64,000 nt of DNA from a bacterium (GTDB taxonomy: Archaea; Thermoplasmatota; E2; JACPAO01; JAHFTW01): assembly GCA_040390065.1 (NCBI GenBank), contig JAZJZE010000003.1:1-64000 (forward strand), written 5' to 3'. A program made the translations under genes and the position numbers. Shown piece by piece: positions 17,077 to 26,723 of this stretch. Numbering within the stretch: the first letter of the stretch is position 1; the number at the start of each line of letters is the position of its first letter. The notes under the pieces are model-generated. The model was not told the origin of the DNA and searched no databases. It saw only the letters and a list, made by a program, of their open reading frames with translations.

Positions 17077-18222
17077 GTGCACTTCTCGCTCACCGACGAG
17101 CAGCGCGCCATCCGCGACATGGTGCGCGAGTTCGCCGCCCGCGAGATTGCCCCCATCGCCAGCAAGCACGACAAGGAACACACGTTCCCGATGGCGACGG
17201 CCAAGCGCATGGGCGAACTGGGCCTGCTGGGCGTCACGGTCCCGGAGAAGTACGGCGGCCCCGGCGCGGACTACATCTCGTTCGCCCTCGTCGCGGAGGA
17301 GTTGGCCCGCGCGGATGCGAGCCACAGCGTCATCTTCGGCGCCAACGCGAGCCTCTCTGTCGGGCCCATCCTCAGCTTCGGCACGGAGGATCAGAAGCAG
17401 AAGTACCTCCCGGGACTTTCGTCGGGGAAACTCCTCGGCTGCTACGCCCTCACGGAACCCGAAGCCGGCAGCGACGCGGGCAGCCTCAAGACGGCAGCGC
17501 GGCGCGACGGCGACGACTACGTGATCGACGGGCAGAAGATCTTCATCTCGAACGGCGCCGTCGCCGACGCGTGTATCCTCTTCGCGCGCACGGACCCGAA
17601 GTCGACTGATGCTCGCGGTGTCACGGCCTTCATCGTCGACACGAAGACCAAGGGCTTCAAGGTCGGCCGCAACGAGAAGAAACTCGGACTCAACGCGAGT
17701 TACACGAACCAGTTGTTCTTCGAAGGCATGCGAATCCCAGCGAGCCAGCGCCTCGGCGTGGAGGGCGAGGGCTTCAAGATCGCCATGGCGACGTTGGACA
17801 CGGGCCGCATCATGGCCGCCGCGGGGAGCACTGGCATCGCGCGGGCCGCGTACGAGGACTCCATCGTCTACGCCAAGGAGCGCAAGCAATTCGGCAAGCC
17901 CATCGCGTCGAACCAGGCCATCCAGTGGAAACTCGCCGACATGGACGTGGGAATCGAGGCGGGCCGCAACCTCTACCTCAAGGCCGCGTGGCTCAAGGAC
18001 AGAGGCGAGCCGTACACGCACGCAGCGTCGCGCGCCAAACTCTTCTGCAGCGAGATGGCGATGAAAGCCACCATTGAAGGCGTCCAGATCCACGGCGGCA
18101 ACGGCTACACCAAGGACTACAACGTCGAACGCTACATGCGCGACATCAAGATTTTTGAGATTTTTGAAGGAACGAGCGAGATCCAGCGGCTTGTGATTGC
18201 GCGCCACATTCTGGGCAGTTGA
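17077..18222 (+). CDS. Acyl-CoA dehydrogenase
   Basis: YALTEPEAGSDA, GQKIFISNG, LDTGRI, RKQFGKPI, QIHGGNGY, IFEGTSEIQR. Confidence 0.96.
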   Translation: MHFSLTDEQRAIRDMVREFAAREIAPIASKHDKEHTFPMATAKRMGELGLLGVTVPEKYGGPGADYISFALVAEELARADASHSVIFGANASLSVGPILSFGTEDQKQKYLPGLSSGKLLGCYALTEPEAGSDAGSLKTAARRDGDDYVIDGQKIFISNGAVADACILFARTDPKSTDARGVTAFIVDTKTKGFKVGRNEKKLGLNASYTNQLFFEGMRIPASQRLGVEGEGFKIAMATLDTGRIMAAAGSTGIARAAYEDSIVYAKERKQFGKPIASNQAIQWKLADMDVGIEAGRNLYLKAAWLKDRGEPYTHAASRAKLFCSEMAMKATIEGVQIHGGNGYTKDYNVERYMRDIKIFEIFEGTSEIQRLVIARHILGS

Positions 18223-18248
18223 CGCATCGGCGCCCAACGACTGAAACA

Positions 18249-18306
18249 GGAATCCACGGAATCCACAGAAACTAGCGGCGTCGGTTCGGTGGATTCTGTG
18301 GATTCC
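18249..18306. repeat. Palindrome of 9-bp-periodic GAATCCAC units between convergent genes
   Basis: GGAATCCACGGAATCCACAGAA ... TTCGGTGGATTCTGTGGATTCC. Confidence 0.85.
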
Positions 18307-18441
18307 AGTGTCAATGCAACGGCGGCCCAGCGCGCGTGATGGCGCCTTGCCCGGCCTCTTTCCATTCCCTCTGGGCGTCGCCGCCGTCGGAGGACTGCGG
18401 GAATGGCTCGCTGGCCTTGAACCGCAGGTTGACTGGTCGCC

Positions 18442-18762
18442 TCAAAGGTGCTTTTTGAGCGCGGCCTGGAAGTGTTCCTTGGGGACGGCGCCGACGATCT
18501 GCTCGACTTTCTGGCCGTTCTTCCACACCATGATGGTGGGGATGCTCATGACGCCGTTCTGGGCTGCCGTCGACTGGTTCTCGTCGGTGTTGAGTTTGCC
18601 GAACTTGACGTTGGGCATCTCGCCGGACAGTTGCTCGATGACGGGGGCCACGCGGCGGCAGGGGCCGCACCAGGGTGCCCAGAAGTCGACGAGCACGACG
18701 CCTTCCTGGCCCGTGAACTGTTTGAAGTCGGCGTCGGTGACCGTGTTGACGGATCCGCTCAT
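18442..18762 (-). CDS. trxA: Thioredoxin
   Basis: VDFWAPWCGPC, MSIPT; ~106 aa. Confidence 0.96.
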   Translation of the reverse strand: MSGSVNTVTDADFKQFTGQEGVVLVDFWAPWCGPCRRVAPVIEQLSGEMPNVKFGKLNTDENQSTAAQNGVMSIPTIMVWKNGQKVEQIVGAVPKEHFQAALKKHL

Positions 18763-18846
18763 GCTGCTTCCTAGCCGGGAATCCGTATTCAAAGGTTCGG
18801 TGCGAGCATTTCCCGGAATCCCTTGGTCCCTCATCCACATGGCTGC

Positions 18847-18963
18847 CCCGCAGATTGACTCCAACCGTTTGCTCAATCCGTGGAATCTGCTCCTAGTCCG
18901 CGCCATTGCAAGACGTGCAAGAGCCCACCAGGACGATGCCCGAGGTCTCTGCGAAATCTGTGG
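18847..18963. repeat. Dispersed ~117-bp element, copy A
   Basis: Shares CCCGCAGATTGAC start, a 36-bp identical core and AATCTGTGG end with 45148-45265; the ends are imperfect inverted repeats. Confidence 0.9.
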
Positions 18964-19021
18964 CCAGGCAGGCGCGTGCGCGGACCATTGCGCCTAAGTC
19001 CTCCTCGCCTCTGGCCTGGCG

Positions 19022-19435
19022 TTGACGGTCGCGTACCTGAGCCCGGAGTGGGCAGAGGAGGCCATACGACGCGTGCGTTCGGACGAGAAGGTCCGCGAGG
19101 CGATGGCAAGCCACAAGGTGAGTGTCCTCACGCTCGTCGAGAACGCGCCGCCGGACCGGTTGACGTTCCTCTACGCCAGCTTCGACGGCGAGGGCAACTC
19201 GGACCTGCGCGTCGGCATGGACCCGGCCGTGCTGTCGGATGCACCGGCGCCGACCTTCACGATCCGCGGCGACTACGAGACTTTCGCGGCGATGCGCGAC
19301 GGCAAGATGACGGAGAAGCAGGCGTTCCTGCACCGCAAGCTGCACGTCACTGGCCACAGGTTCAAGGCGCTGACGCTGGCGCATCCGCTACAGTCGTTGA
19401 CGCATGTGCTTTCGCAGGTTCCGTGCCAGACCTAG
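19022..19435 (+). CDS. SCP2 sterol-binding domain protein
   Basis: YLSPEWAE, PTFTIRGDYETF...GKM...AFLHRKLHVTG. Confidence 0.85.
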   Translation: MTVAYLSPEWAEEAIRRVRSDEKVREAMASHKVSVLTLVENAPPDRLTFLYASFDGEGNSDLRVGMDPAVLSDAPAPTFTIRGDYETFAAMRDGKMTEKQAFLHRKLHVTGHRFKALTLAHPLQSLTHVLSQVPCQT

Positions 19436-19894
19436 CAGGCTGGGCTGCAACGGAAGGGCGATGGCGGCGTGGGCGGCGTAGCGCGCGTAGCGTTGGTCGA
19501 GGACCTTGATGATGCGGCTGCGTGCGTGCTTCGGCATCGAGTTTCGCGCTGGCGTGAGCTTGACGTCGGCTGCGGCGCGGGCCTTCCAGCGCAACGCGAG
19601 GGCCATGTGCTGGGCGGAACGCTCAATCCAAGAGATGGCCTTCGCGTCCCCGGCTTCGGCGGCGGCGGCGAACTTGCGCACCTCGTGACGGGCTGTCTCG
19701 TATTCGCGGTCGTGCAGGTCGTGGCCGTCGACGCGGGCGGGCCACACCTCATGCGCCACAAGGGCGGCGGCCTCCAGGTCTTCCTTCGTGACCTGCTTGC
19801 AGTCATGCAGGGCGCCGGCCATCCCCTCCAGGGCCTTGGCCAGGTGCAAGAGGTCGTCGGGTGCTACGGTTTCGTTGAGATGTCGGGCAGCCAT
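19388..19894 (-). CDS. Hypothetical helical protein
   Basis: Protein-like composition with GC3 bias; its 3' end overlaps the convergent SCP2 gene. Confidence 0.55.
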   Translation of the reverse strand: MAARHLNETVAPDDLLHLAKALEGMAGALHDCKQVTKEDLEAAALVAHEVWPARVDGHDLHDREYETARHEVRKFAAAAEAGDAKAISWIERSAQHMALALRWKARAAADVKLTPARNSMPKHARSRIIKVLDQRYARYAAHAAIALPLQPSLLGLARNLRKHMRQRL

Positions 19895-19977
19895 TGCAAT
19901 CCCAACCATACCTCGCCTCCTCGAGGCTTATGAGGGGCTTGGCGAAAGCACATAAGGCGGGGTTTCGGGGCCGGCTG

Positions 19978-20910
19978 TCAGCCCGCAGGCTCGGCGGCGG
20001 CACCCGCTCCGGTGCCTCGTTTCGGCACGGTCAGGAACGCCCCGCACAGAACGAGGACGCCCCCGGCTGCGACCGCGAGCGGCGGCGTCTCGTGCAGCAT
20101 CGGCCAGGCTAGCAACGCGGCTCCGACGGGCTCGAGGAGGATCCACGTGGCAACCGTGTGTGCGGGAAGGTGGCGCAGGACCCAGTTCGAGACCGTGTGG
20201 CCGCCAAGCATGGGCACGGCCGCGAGGAGCACGAAGAAGACGAAGTTGCGGGAATCGAGGCCGGCGGCCAACGGCTGGTGGACGAACGGAAGCGCGGCCA
20301 GGAGCCCGGCGGCAGCCACCGCGTAGACCGGGAAAACGTACTCGACGAGTCCGCGGTGCGCCCGCAAGCGCCGTCCAACCAGGAAGTAGGCGGCCGAGCC
20401 AAGCCCAGCAGCAAGGGCCAGCAGGTCGCCGACGACGGCCCGCGCGGAGTCGGGCGCAAGTCGGCCGTCGGCCACAGCGATGACGCATGCACCCGCGGTT
20501 GCGACGGCGACGCCGAACCAGCCCTTGCGGGTCAACCGGTCGTGCAGGATGAAGTGGCCGCCGAGGGCCACGAAGACGGCCTGCAACGTGACGAGGCACG
20601 TGCTTGCCGCCACGGTCGTGTACGCCAGGCTCGTCACCCACAGCGCGAAGTGCAGCGCGAGGGCAAGGCCGGATGCCGCCGTGATCGCCCAATCCGCCCT
20701 CGAGTAGTGGCGCCACATGGGCCAGGACGACCACGTGAAGGGGAGCAGCAGGAGGACGGCGAAGGCAAGCCGCCAGAACGACGCCGTCACCGCCGGGGCA
20801 TCCGCGAGACGGAAGAACGGCGCTGCAAACGACACACAGACGACGGCGGTCGCGACGCCGAGGGCCGGCGGGAACGCGGGCCGGTGGCTTGCGGTCGGGA
20901 CCCGAGTCAT
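19978..20910 (-). CDS. DMT/EamA family transporter
   Basis: About 10 TMs; ALHFALWVTSLAYTTVA, GDLLALAAG, GGHTVSNW, LLEPVGA. Confidence 0.93.
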   Translation of the reverse strand: MTRVPTASHRPAFPPALGVATAVVCVSFAAPFFRLADAPAVTASFWRLAFAVLLLLPFTWSSWPMWRHYSRADWAITAASGLALALHFALWVTSLAYTTVAASTCLVTLQAVFVALGGHFILHDRLTRKGWFGVAVATAGACVIAVADGRLAPDSARAVVGDLLALAAGLGSAAYFLVGRRLRAHRGLVEYVFPVYAVAAAGLLAALPFVHQPLAAGLDSRNFVFFVLLAAVPMLGGHTVSNWVLRHLPAHTVATWILLEPVGAALLAWPMLHETPPLAVAAGGVLVLCGAFLTVPKRGTGAGAAAEPAG

Positions 20911-21278
20911 GGCCGCAGTCGCGCCGCGACCTCTTCGCCGAGATGGATGTCCAGCCGCATGACTTGGCCATCCTGGTCCCAGTTGATGACGGCGAGGCCG
21001 TCGAGCTCGCCCGGGCCAGAGCCAGGGATGTCGCCCGTGGCCTTCCAGCCGACGAAGACAACGTTGCGCTTGACCTTGAGAGCCACGACCTTGAGCCTCA
21101 CGGGCGGCGCCTTGGCGTACGCACGCGCCAGCATCGGGTCCAACTTGTCGCGGGAGATCGCCGGGAGGAGATCCACGACCTCGAAGACAGCGTCCTTGGC
21201 CAGGAACGCAGTGATCGCCGCGGCCGGACCAGCCGACAGCGCGGCGAAGAGGTCACGCGTGCGCTCCTCGAGGTCCAC
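20907..21278 (-). CDS. NTF2/SnoaL-like domain protein
   Basis: LFAALSAG..AAITAFLAKDAVFE, VVFVGWKATG, GLAVINWDQDGQV; ATGA overlap with the DMT gene. Confidence 0.75.
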   Translation of the reverse strand: MDLEERTRDLFAALSAGPAAAITAFLAKDAVFEVVDLLPAISRDKLDPMLARAYAKAPPVRLKVVALKVKRNVVFVGWKATGDIPGSGPGELDGLAVINWDQDGQVMRLDIHLGEEVAARLRP

Positions 21279-21355
21279 GGCAAGGCCACCCTGTCCGGGA
21301 TGAAAGGCATTCGGGCTGCGACGGCTAGATGAGGGGGCGGCCGCATGGTCGACGC

Positions 21356-22000
21356 ATGAGTGCATCCGGACAGCAACTGGCGGAAGTTCTGCGGCGTCCG
21401 ATTCCGAACTGGGGGCTTCCCGTGGCGCTGCTCGGGGCCGTGGTCGTCGCTGGCAGCGCATTCGTGTTCTCCGCGCATCATTGGGGCTGCGACCCGACTC
21501 CAACCGAAACCGGCGCCCAGAGTTGGGAGTGCTCCGGCCGCACCGCATCCGGCGACGCATGGGCGGTGGCACTCCTGGCGGGGGGCATGGTCGACTGGAT
21601 TGCAGGCCTTGCCGCGTGGGCGATACCGCGGGCCCGTCAAGTCCAGGTGATGCGCGACGCGCGTACCCTTCTGCTCGTCGCGCGCGGCCCAGCTGCTGCT
21701 GTGGACCCACGCGGCCTGCCGGGTCGGATCCGGGTCCCCGGGTGGACCTGGGCGTTTGCCGGGGCCATGCCTGCCACCTTCGTGGCCGCCAACGCCATCC
21801 CAACATCGTCTTTCCAGGATTGCGCTACAAACGTTCCTGCCTTCGTTGCCGCGTGTGGCCAGGTGGCTGGACCACCAACCGCGCCTGTCGTGGCCCTTGG
21901 GATTGCACTTGCCCTGTTCGTGGGCACAATCGCTGCCCTTGAACGTGCCGGTCGTGGCCCCAAAGCCGAGTTGGCTTCGGCCGTCGCCACGCTGATCTAG
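21356..22000 (+). CDS. Hypothetical membrane protein with Cys-paired loops
   Basis: Four hydrophobic segments; fills the gap between two clear genes. Confidence 0.5.
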   Translation: MSASGQQLAEVLRRPIPNWGLPVALLGAVVVAGSAFVFSAHHWGCDPTPTETGAQSWECSGRTASGDAWAVALLAGGMVDWIAGLAAWAIPRARQVQVMRDARTLLLVARGPAAAVDPRGLPGRIRVPGWTWAFAGAMPATFVAANAIPTSSFQDCATNVPAFVAACGQVAGPPTAPVVALGIALALFVGTIAALERAGRGPKAELASAVATLI

Positions 22001-22040
22001 CCTGCGTTCCCTTTATCGCGCCGCGGCGGGTCGCAGCCTC

Positions 22041-23528
22041 ATGGTCCAAGTCAGGGTCGCCGCGGCCAAGCCGAAAGTCCCCGCCTTCGTAGTTGGCGTC
22101 GATTCCGCACGAAAGGCTCCCGGCCTCAAGGCGCTCGGCATCACGGACGCAGCCGTGGCGAGCCTGCTTGCGAACAAGGACATCGCGTTTCCGTTCAAGA
22201 CGGTGCGCAGCCTGCAAGTGGGCGACAAGTGGTTGGTCCTCGTCGGCGTCGGCGACCGCAAGAAACTGACGCAGGAGAAAATCGGGACGGCCGCCAACCT
22301 CGGGGCCCGGGCCGCTGCGGGTCTTGGCTGCAAGGAAGCGGCGACGACCCTCGTCCTCGACACGTGGGGGAACGCGGCCGCCGCGCAGGCTGTCACGCAC
22401 GGTGCCGTGATTGGCGGCTTGGACTTCGACCAGTACAAGACGAAGAAGGAGGACAAGGATCCGTCGGGCGAACCTGCTGCGAAGCCCAACGGCAAGCTCG
22501 ACGTCCTACACGTGGTCGCTCCGGCGGGAGCGGCCGGCGCTGCCGTGAAGCGCAGCATCGCCCGCGCAGCCATCGTCGCCGACGCCGTCAACGATTCGCG
22601 CCTCATCTCCAACACGCCGGCCAACATCTGCACGCCTGCCTGGCTCGCCTCGCAGGCCAAGTCGCGCGGCGCAGAGCATGGCTTTGCGGTGTCAGTCAAG
22701 GGCCGCGACCAATTGCGCAAGGAAGGCTACGGCGCACTATGCGGTGTCGCGCAGGGCAGCGTCAACGAGGAGCAACTCATCACGATGGACTACCACCCGA
22801 AGGGCGCGAAGAAGACCATCGCCGTGGTCGGCAAGGGCGTCTGCTTCGACTCCGGCGGCATCAGCATCAAGCCCGGCGAGAAGATGTGGGAGATGAAGTA
22901 CGACAAGGTCGGCGCCTGCAATACGATCGCCCTCATGGCGGCCCTCAAGTCCCTCGGCGTCAAGCACCGCGTCATCGGCGTCGTCCCCGCCGTCGAGAAC
23001 CTACCGTCGGGGACCGCGCAACGACCCGGCGACATCGTGACCGCGAAGGACGGCACCACCATCGAGGTCCTCAACACCGACGCCGAAGGCCGGCTCATCC
23101 TCGCCGACGCCCTCGCCCACGCGCGGACGTTCAAGCCGGACCTCATGATCGACATGGCGACCTTGACGGGCGCCTGCGAAGTCGCCGTCGGCACCACATA
23201 CGTCGCTGTCCTCTCCAATGACGACGCCCTTGCCCGCAGACTCGTGGGCGACGCCGCCGCAGCCGGCGACAAGGCCTGGCACCTGCCGCAAGGCGAGGAG
23301 TTCGACGAGGCGAACAAGGGCACGTACGCGGACCTGCAGAACATCAGCACCACCACGCGCGCCGGCGTCTGCGTCGGCGCCGCCTTCATCAAGCACTTTG
23401 CCAAGGACTCCAAGTGGGCGCACCTCGACATTGCAAGCAAGGCCTGGACGGGCGGCGTCGACTACTTCGCCAAGGGACCCACGGCGGCCGGGCTGAGGAT
23501 CGTGCTGCAGAGGCTCTTGGAGGAGTGA
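22041..23528 (+). CDS. pepA: Leucyl aminopeptidase (M17)
   Basis: VGKGVCFDSGGISIK, MKYD, NTDAEGRLILAD, WAHLDIA. Confidence 0.96.
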   Translation: MVQVRVAAAKPKVPAFVVGVDSARKAPGLKALGITDAAVASLLANKDIAFPFKTVRSLQVGDKWLVLVGVGDRKKLTQEKIGTAANLGARAAAGLGCKEAATTLVLDTWGNAAAAQAVTHGAVIGGLDFDQYKTKKEDKDPSGEPAAKPNGKLDVLHVVAPAGAAGAAVKRSIARAAIVADAVNDSRLISNTPANICTPAWLASQAKSRGAEHGFAVSVKGRDQLRKEGYGALCGVAQGSVNEEQLITMDYHPKGAKKTIAVVGKGVCFDSGGISIKPGEKMWEMKYDKVGACNTIALMAALKSLGVKHRVIGVVPAVENLPSGTAQRPGDIVTAKDGTTIEVLNTDAEGRLILADALAHARTFKPDLMIDMATLTGACEVAVGTTYVAVLSNDDALARRLVGDAAAAGDKAWHLPQGEEFDEANKGTYADLQNISTTTRAGVCVGAAFIKHFAKDSKWAHLDIASKAWTGGVDYFAKGPTAAGLRIVLQRLLEE

Positions 23529-24202
23529 CGGTGCGCCTCGGGCCCATCGCCCTTCTGGCCGCCCTGCTCCCAGCCGGCCTCGCTGGTTGCTTCGGGCCGC
23601 CCTGTGCGTTTGCCGACACGTCCGCAGGCTCCGCACCCCCTCTGGCTGTCGGGACGCAGTGGACCTTCCTCGCCCATCAAGGAACGTCGACGTCGGAGTC
23701 CATCTGGCGCATCGGCGCGGTCGAGGAGCACCGCTGCGTGCGGGCGCATCGCATCGACACGACGTACTCGCTCATCCTGCCCGGCGGCGCCGTCTCCGAC
23801 ACTCCAACCGAAGTCGCAACCGTGTGGGAAAGCCTCCCGGATGAAGCCATGATGGAGTTCGAGACGCGAGGCGGAACCACGACCTACACGCCACCGTGCC
23901 CCCGCCTGCACTGGCCGCTCGTCGTCGGGGCCTCCTGGCAGGAGTCATGCAGCGCGTCGGCCCCCGCCCGCGACTTCCACCCAGTCGGGACGTACCTTGT
24001 CGGCGGACGAACCAACGTGACCGTCCCTGCGGGCCGTTTCGACGTCTTCGTCGTGCAGTTCCATGACGACGAGGACATCCCCGGCCAGGCGGCCAACGAC
24101 TCGGTCCTCTACATCGCCGCCAGCGGGTGCCTACGCAACGTCAAGACCACGGATGCCCATGGCAGCCCCTACCTCGAATTGACCTCCTACACGTGCGGCT
24201 GA
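23525..24202 (+). CDS. Predicted lipoprotein (beta-rich, TVPAG.F family)
   Basis: Lipobox LAGC; PLAVGTQW, WPLVVGASW, NVTVPAGRF, ELTSYTC; GTGA overlap with pepA. Confidence 0.8.
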   Translation: MTVRLGPIALLAALLPAGLAGCFGPPCAFADTSAGSAPPLAVGTQWTFLAHQGTSTSESIWRIGAVEEHRCVRAHRIDTTYSLILPGGAVSDTPTEVATVWESLPDEAMMEFETRGGTTTYTPPCPRLHWPLVVGASWQESCSASAPARDFHPVGTYLVGGRTNVTVPAGRFDVFVVQFHDDEDIPGQAANDSVLYIAASGCLRNVKTTDAHGSPYLELTSYTCG

Positions 24203-24275
24203 CCCCCGCCCTCTGCATGGCAATCCCCATATGCAACCCCGCGCCATGCTGCCGCGTGCAAGGGCAAGGTGGCGC

Positions 24276-24590
24276 ATGATGGCGAAGGCCAAGGTCATCG
24301 TCTCGCCGGAGGCCGACGAGGGCCCCGGCATGTCCGCCGTCGCCCCCGAGGCACGCGTCATCGTCGAAGCCGCCCTGCGCGACGAGATGGCGTCGACCAA
24401 GTGGAACCTCATCGGCCGGCGCCGCAAGCACAAGGAGACCCATTTCCTGCTGCGCGCCACCGGGATGGGTTGGCGCCGCGCGCGCCGCATCCGCAAGGGC
24501 ATCGTGCATGGCGCCGCCCGGCTTCGCCAGGATGGCAAGCCCACGGAACGCGAAGTCCAGTTGGCCGTCGACTTGATCCTGAAGGAGTGA
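24276..24590 (+). CDS. Small basic hypothetical protein
   Basis: Codon bias; ends 4 nt before the next ATG, with GGAG at its 3' end. Confidence 0.6.
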   Translation: MMAKAKVIVSPEADEGPGMSAVAPEARVIVEAALRDEMASTKWNLIGRRRKHKETHFLLRATGMGWRRARRIRKGIVHGAARLRQDGKPTEREVQLAVDLILKE

Positions 24591-24594
24591 CCGC

Positions 24595-25338
24595 ATGGGG
24601 CCCGCCCAACGCCGCATCATCACAGCACTCGCCTGCAGTCTTCCGCTTCTTGCCGGCTGCTCGTCGCCCGCCCCGGCTGGCCCGTCACCGGTCGTGGGTG
24701 CGGCAGCACCCGTCCTGTCCGTCGGCGACCACTGGGAGTTGGGAGTGCAGATCACGAGCCGCGGCACGACCTCGCAGGCGAACCTGACGATGACCGTCAA
24801 CTCGACGACCGAGAAATGGGCGATTGGCGCTGGCACCTACGAGGCAGTCTTGCTGGAGACGCGCACGCATCAGACGTCCGGGCCGGTCGGCTGGCGGGTC
24901 ATCCAGCGCGTCTGGCAACGCACCGCCGACGGGTCGCAACTGCATGCGAACGTCACGACCATCGACGACAAGGACGGCAGCCAGCAGGTGTCCGTGACCG
25001 AGTACGACGGCCCCTGTCGACAGTACCCGTGGCCGATCACGGTCGGCGCCACGATGAGCGGCGAATGCCGGACGCACGACCCGGCCGTCGACCCGCCGCA
25101 GATCACGACAACGAAGTACACGGTGACCGCGTTGGCGATGGAGAACATCACCGTGCCCGCCGGCACGTTCGAAACGTATCGCCTCAACTTCACGATCGAA
25201 AGCGGGATTGCGAGCCACGTCACGCAGGTGCGCTGGTACTCCCCCAAAGTCTGCAACGATGTCCGGACGGAGACCCGCACCGGCCAGGGCGCCTTCATCA
25301 CGGAGCTCAAGTCGTACTCCTGCGCGACCGGCGCTTGA
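24595..25338 (+). CDS. Predicted lipoprotein, paralog of 23525-24202
   Basis: LAGC; VLSVGDHW, WPITVG, NITVPAGTF, WYSPKVC, ELKSYSC. Confidence 0.82.
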   Translation: MGPAQRRIITALACSLPLLAGCSSPAPAGPSPVVGAAAPVLSVGDHWELGVQITSRGTTSQANLTMTVNSTTEKWAIGAGTYEAVLLETRTHQTSGPVGWRVIQRVWQRTADGSQLHANVTTIDDKDGSQQVSVTEYDGPCRQYPWPITVGATMSGECRTHDPAVDPPQITTTKYTVTALAMENITVPAGTFETYRLNFTIESGIASHVTQVRWYSPKVCNDVRTETRTGQGAFITELKSYSCATGA

Positions 25339-25383
25339 CGGTGGAGCCGGCCTAAAATACCGGCACGCCGTGAAGCCACCTGC

Positions 25384-26715
25384 ATGGTCTTGGAGGGGCT
25401 TGGCGAATCGCTGCGAAGCAGCCTGAAGAAGCTCGCCAACGCCGGACGCATCGATGCGGCGCTCATCAAGGACGTCACGCGTGACATCCAGCGGGCGCTC
25501 ATCCAGGCCGACATGAACGTCAAGCAGGTCCTGGCCATCTCGAAGGTGATCGAGCGGCGGGCTCTCGAGGAGAAGCCCATCCCCGGGATGACGAACCGGG
25601 AACACGTCATCCGCATCGTCCACGACGAACTCGTCCAGCTCCTCGGCGTGCCACGCCAGATTCCCCTGCGTGCGCAGACCATCATGATGGTCGGCTTGTA
25701 CGGCCAGGGCAAGACGACGACGACTGGAAAGCTTGCGCTGCACTTCAAGAAAAAGGGGATGCGGGTCGCGGTCATCGCGGCCGACGTCCATCGGCCAGCG
25801 GCGCACGACCAGCTGAAGCAACTCGCGGACAAGGTGCAGGTCGGCTTCTACGGCGAGCCCGGCGAGACGGACGCCGCGGGCATCGTGACCCGGGGCATTG
25901 CGGCGCTCAAGAAGAAGAACGACATCGTGATCGTCGACACGGCTGGCCGCGACAAGCTGGAGGATTCACTCATTGAGGAGATGAAGCGCATCTTCGAGGC
26001 CGCAAAGCCCGACGAGAAGTTCCTGGTCATGGACGCGGCGGTCGGCCAACAGGCCGAGTCGCAGGCGCGCGCCTTCCACGAGGCAGTGCAGGTGACCGGC
26101 GTCATCATCACGAAGCTGGACGGCACGGCCAAGGGCGGCGGTGCGCTGTCGGCCGTCGGCGTCACTGGCGCCCCCGTGGTCTTCATCGGCACGGGGGAAC
26201 ACATCGACGAACTGGAGGCTCTCGACCCGAAGCGCTTCATCGGCCGTCTCCTTGGGATGGGCGACCTCGAAGCCCTCCTCGAGAAGGCCAACCAGGCGAT
26301 GGCTGGCAAGGACGCGGAAAAGGTGGCGCGCAAGATGCTCTCTGGCCGCTTCACCCTGAACGACATGATGAGCCAACTCGACATGGTGGGCAAGATGGGC
26401 AACCTCGGCAAGGTGGCCGAGATGCTGCCCGGCAACATGGGCGCTGCCCTCAAAGGCCGCGACATGGAAGGCACCCAGCAGAAACTCAACGCCTTCAAGG
26501 TCATCATGACCAGCATGACGGACGAGGAACGCGACGACCCGACAATCCTCAAGGCGCCACGCATCGGCCGCATCGCCCGCGGCTCCGGACGCACCGTCAA
26601 CGAGGTGCGCGAGCTCCTGAAGTACTACGAGAACACGAAGGGCATGATGAAGGGGATGGGGAGCAATCGGAAGATGATGCGGCAGATGCAAAGGCAGATG
26701 TCCGGGAAAAAGTAG
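25384..26715 (+). CDS. srp54: Signal recognition particle protein SRP54
   Basis: GLYGQGKTTT, DTAGR, TKLDGTAKGGGA, Met-rich M domain, RIARGSG. Confidence 0.98.
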   Translation: MVLEGLGESLRSSLKKLANAGRIDAALIKDVTRDIQRALIQADMNVKQVLAISKVIERRALEEKPIPGMTNREHVIRIVHDELVQLLGVPRQIPLRAQTIMMVGLYGQGKTTTTGKLALHFKKKGMRVAVIAADVHRPAAHDQLKQLADKVQVGFYGEPGETDAAGIVTRGIAALKKKNDIVIVDTAGRDKLEDSLIEEMKRIFEAAKPDEKFLVMDAAVGQQAESQARAFHEAVQVTGVIITKLDGTAKGGGALSAVGVTGAPVVFIGTGEHIDELEALDPKRFIGRLLGMGDLEALLEKANQAMAGKDAEKVARKMLSGRFTLNDMMSQLDMVGKMGNLGKVAEMLPGNMGAALKGRDMEGTQQKLNAFKVIMTSMTDEERDDPTILKAPRIGRIARGSGRTVNEVRELLKYYENTKGMMKGMGSNRKMMRQMQRQMSGKK

Positions 26716-26723
26716 CCGCCGAC

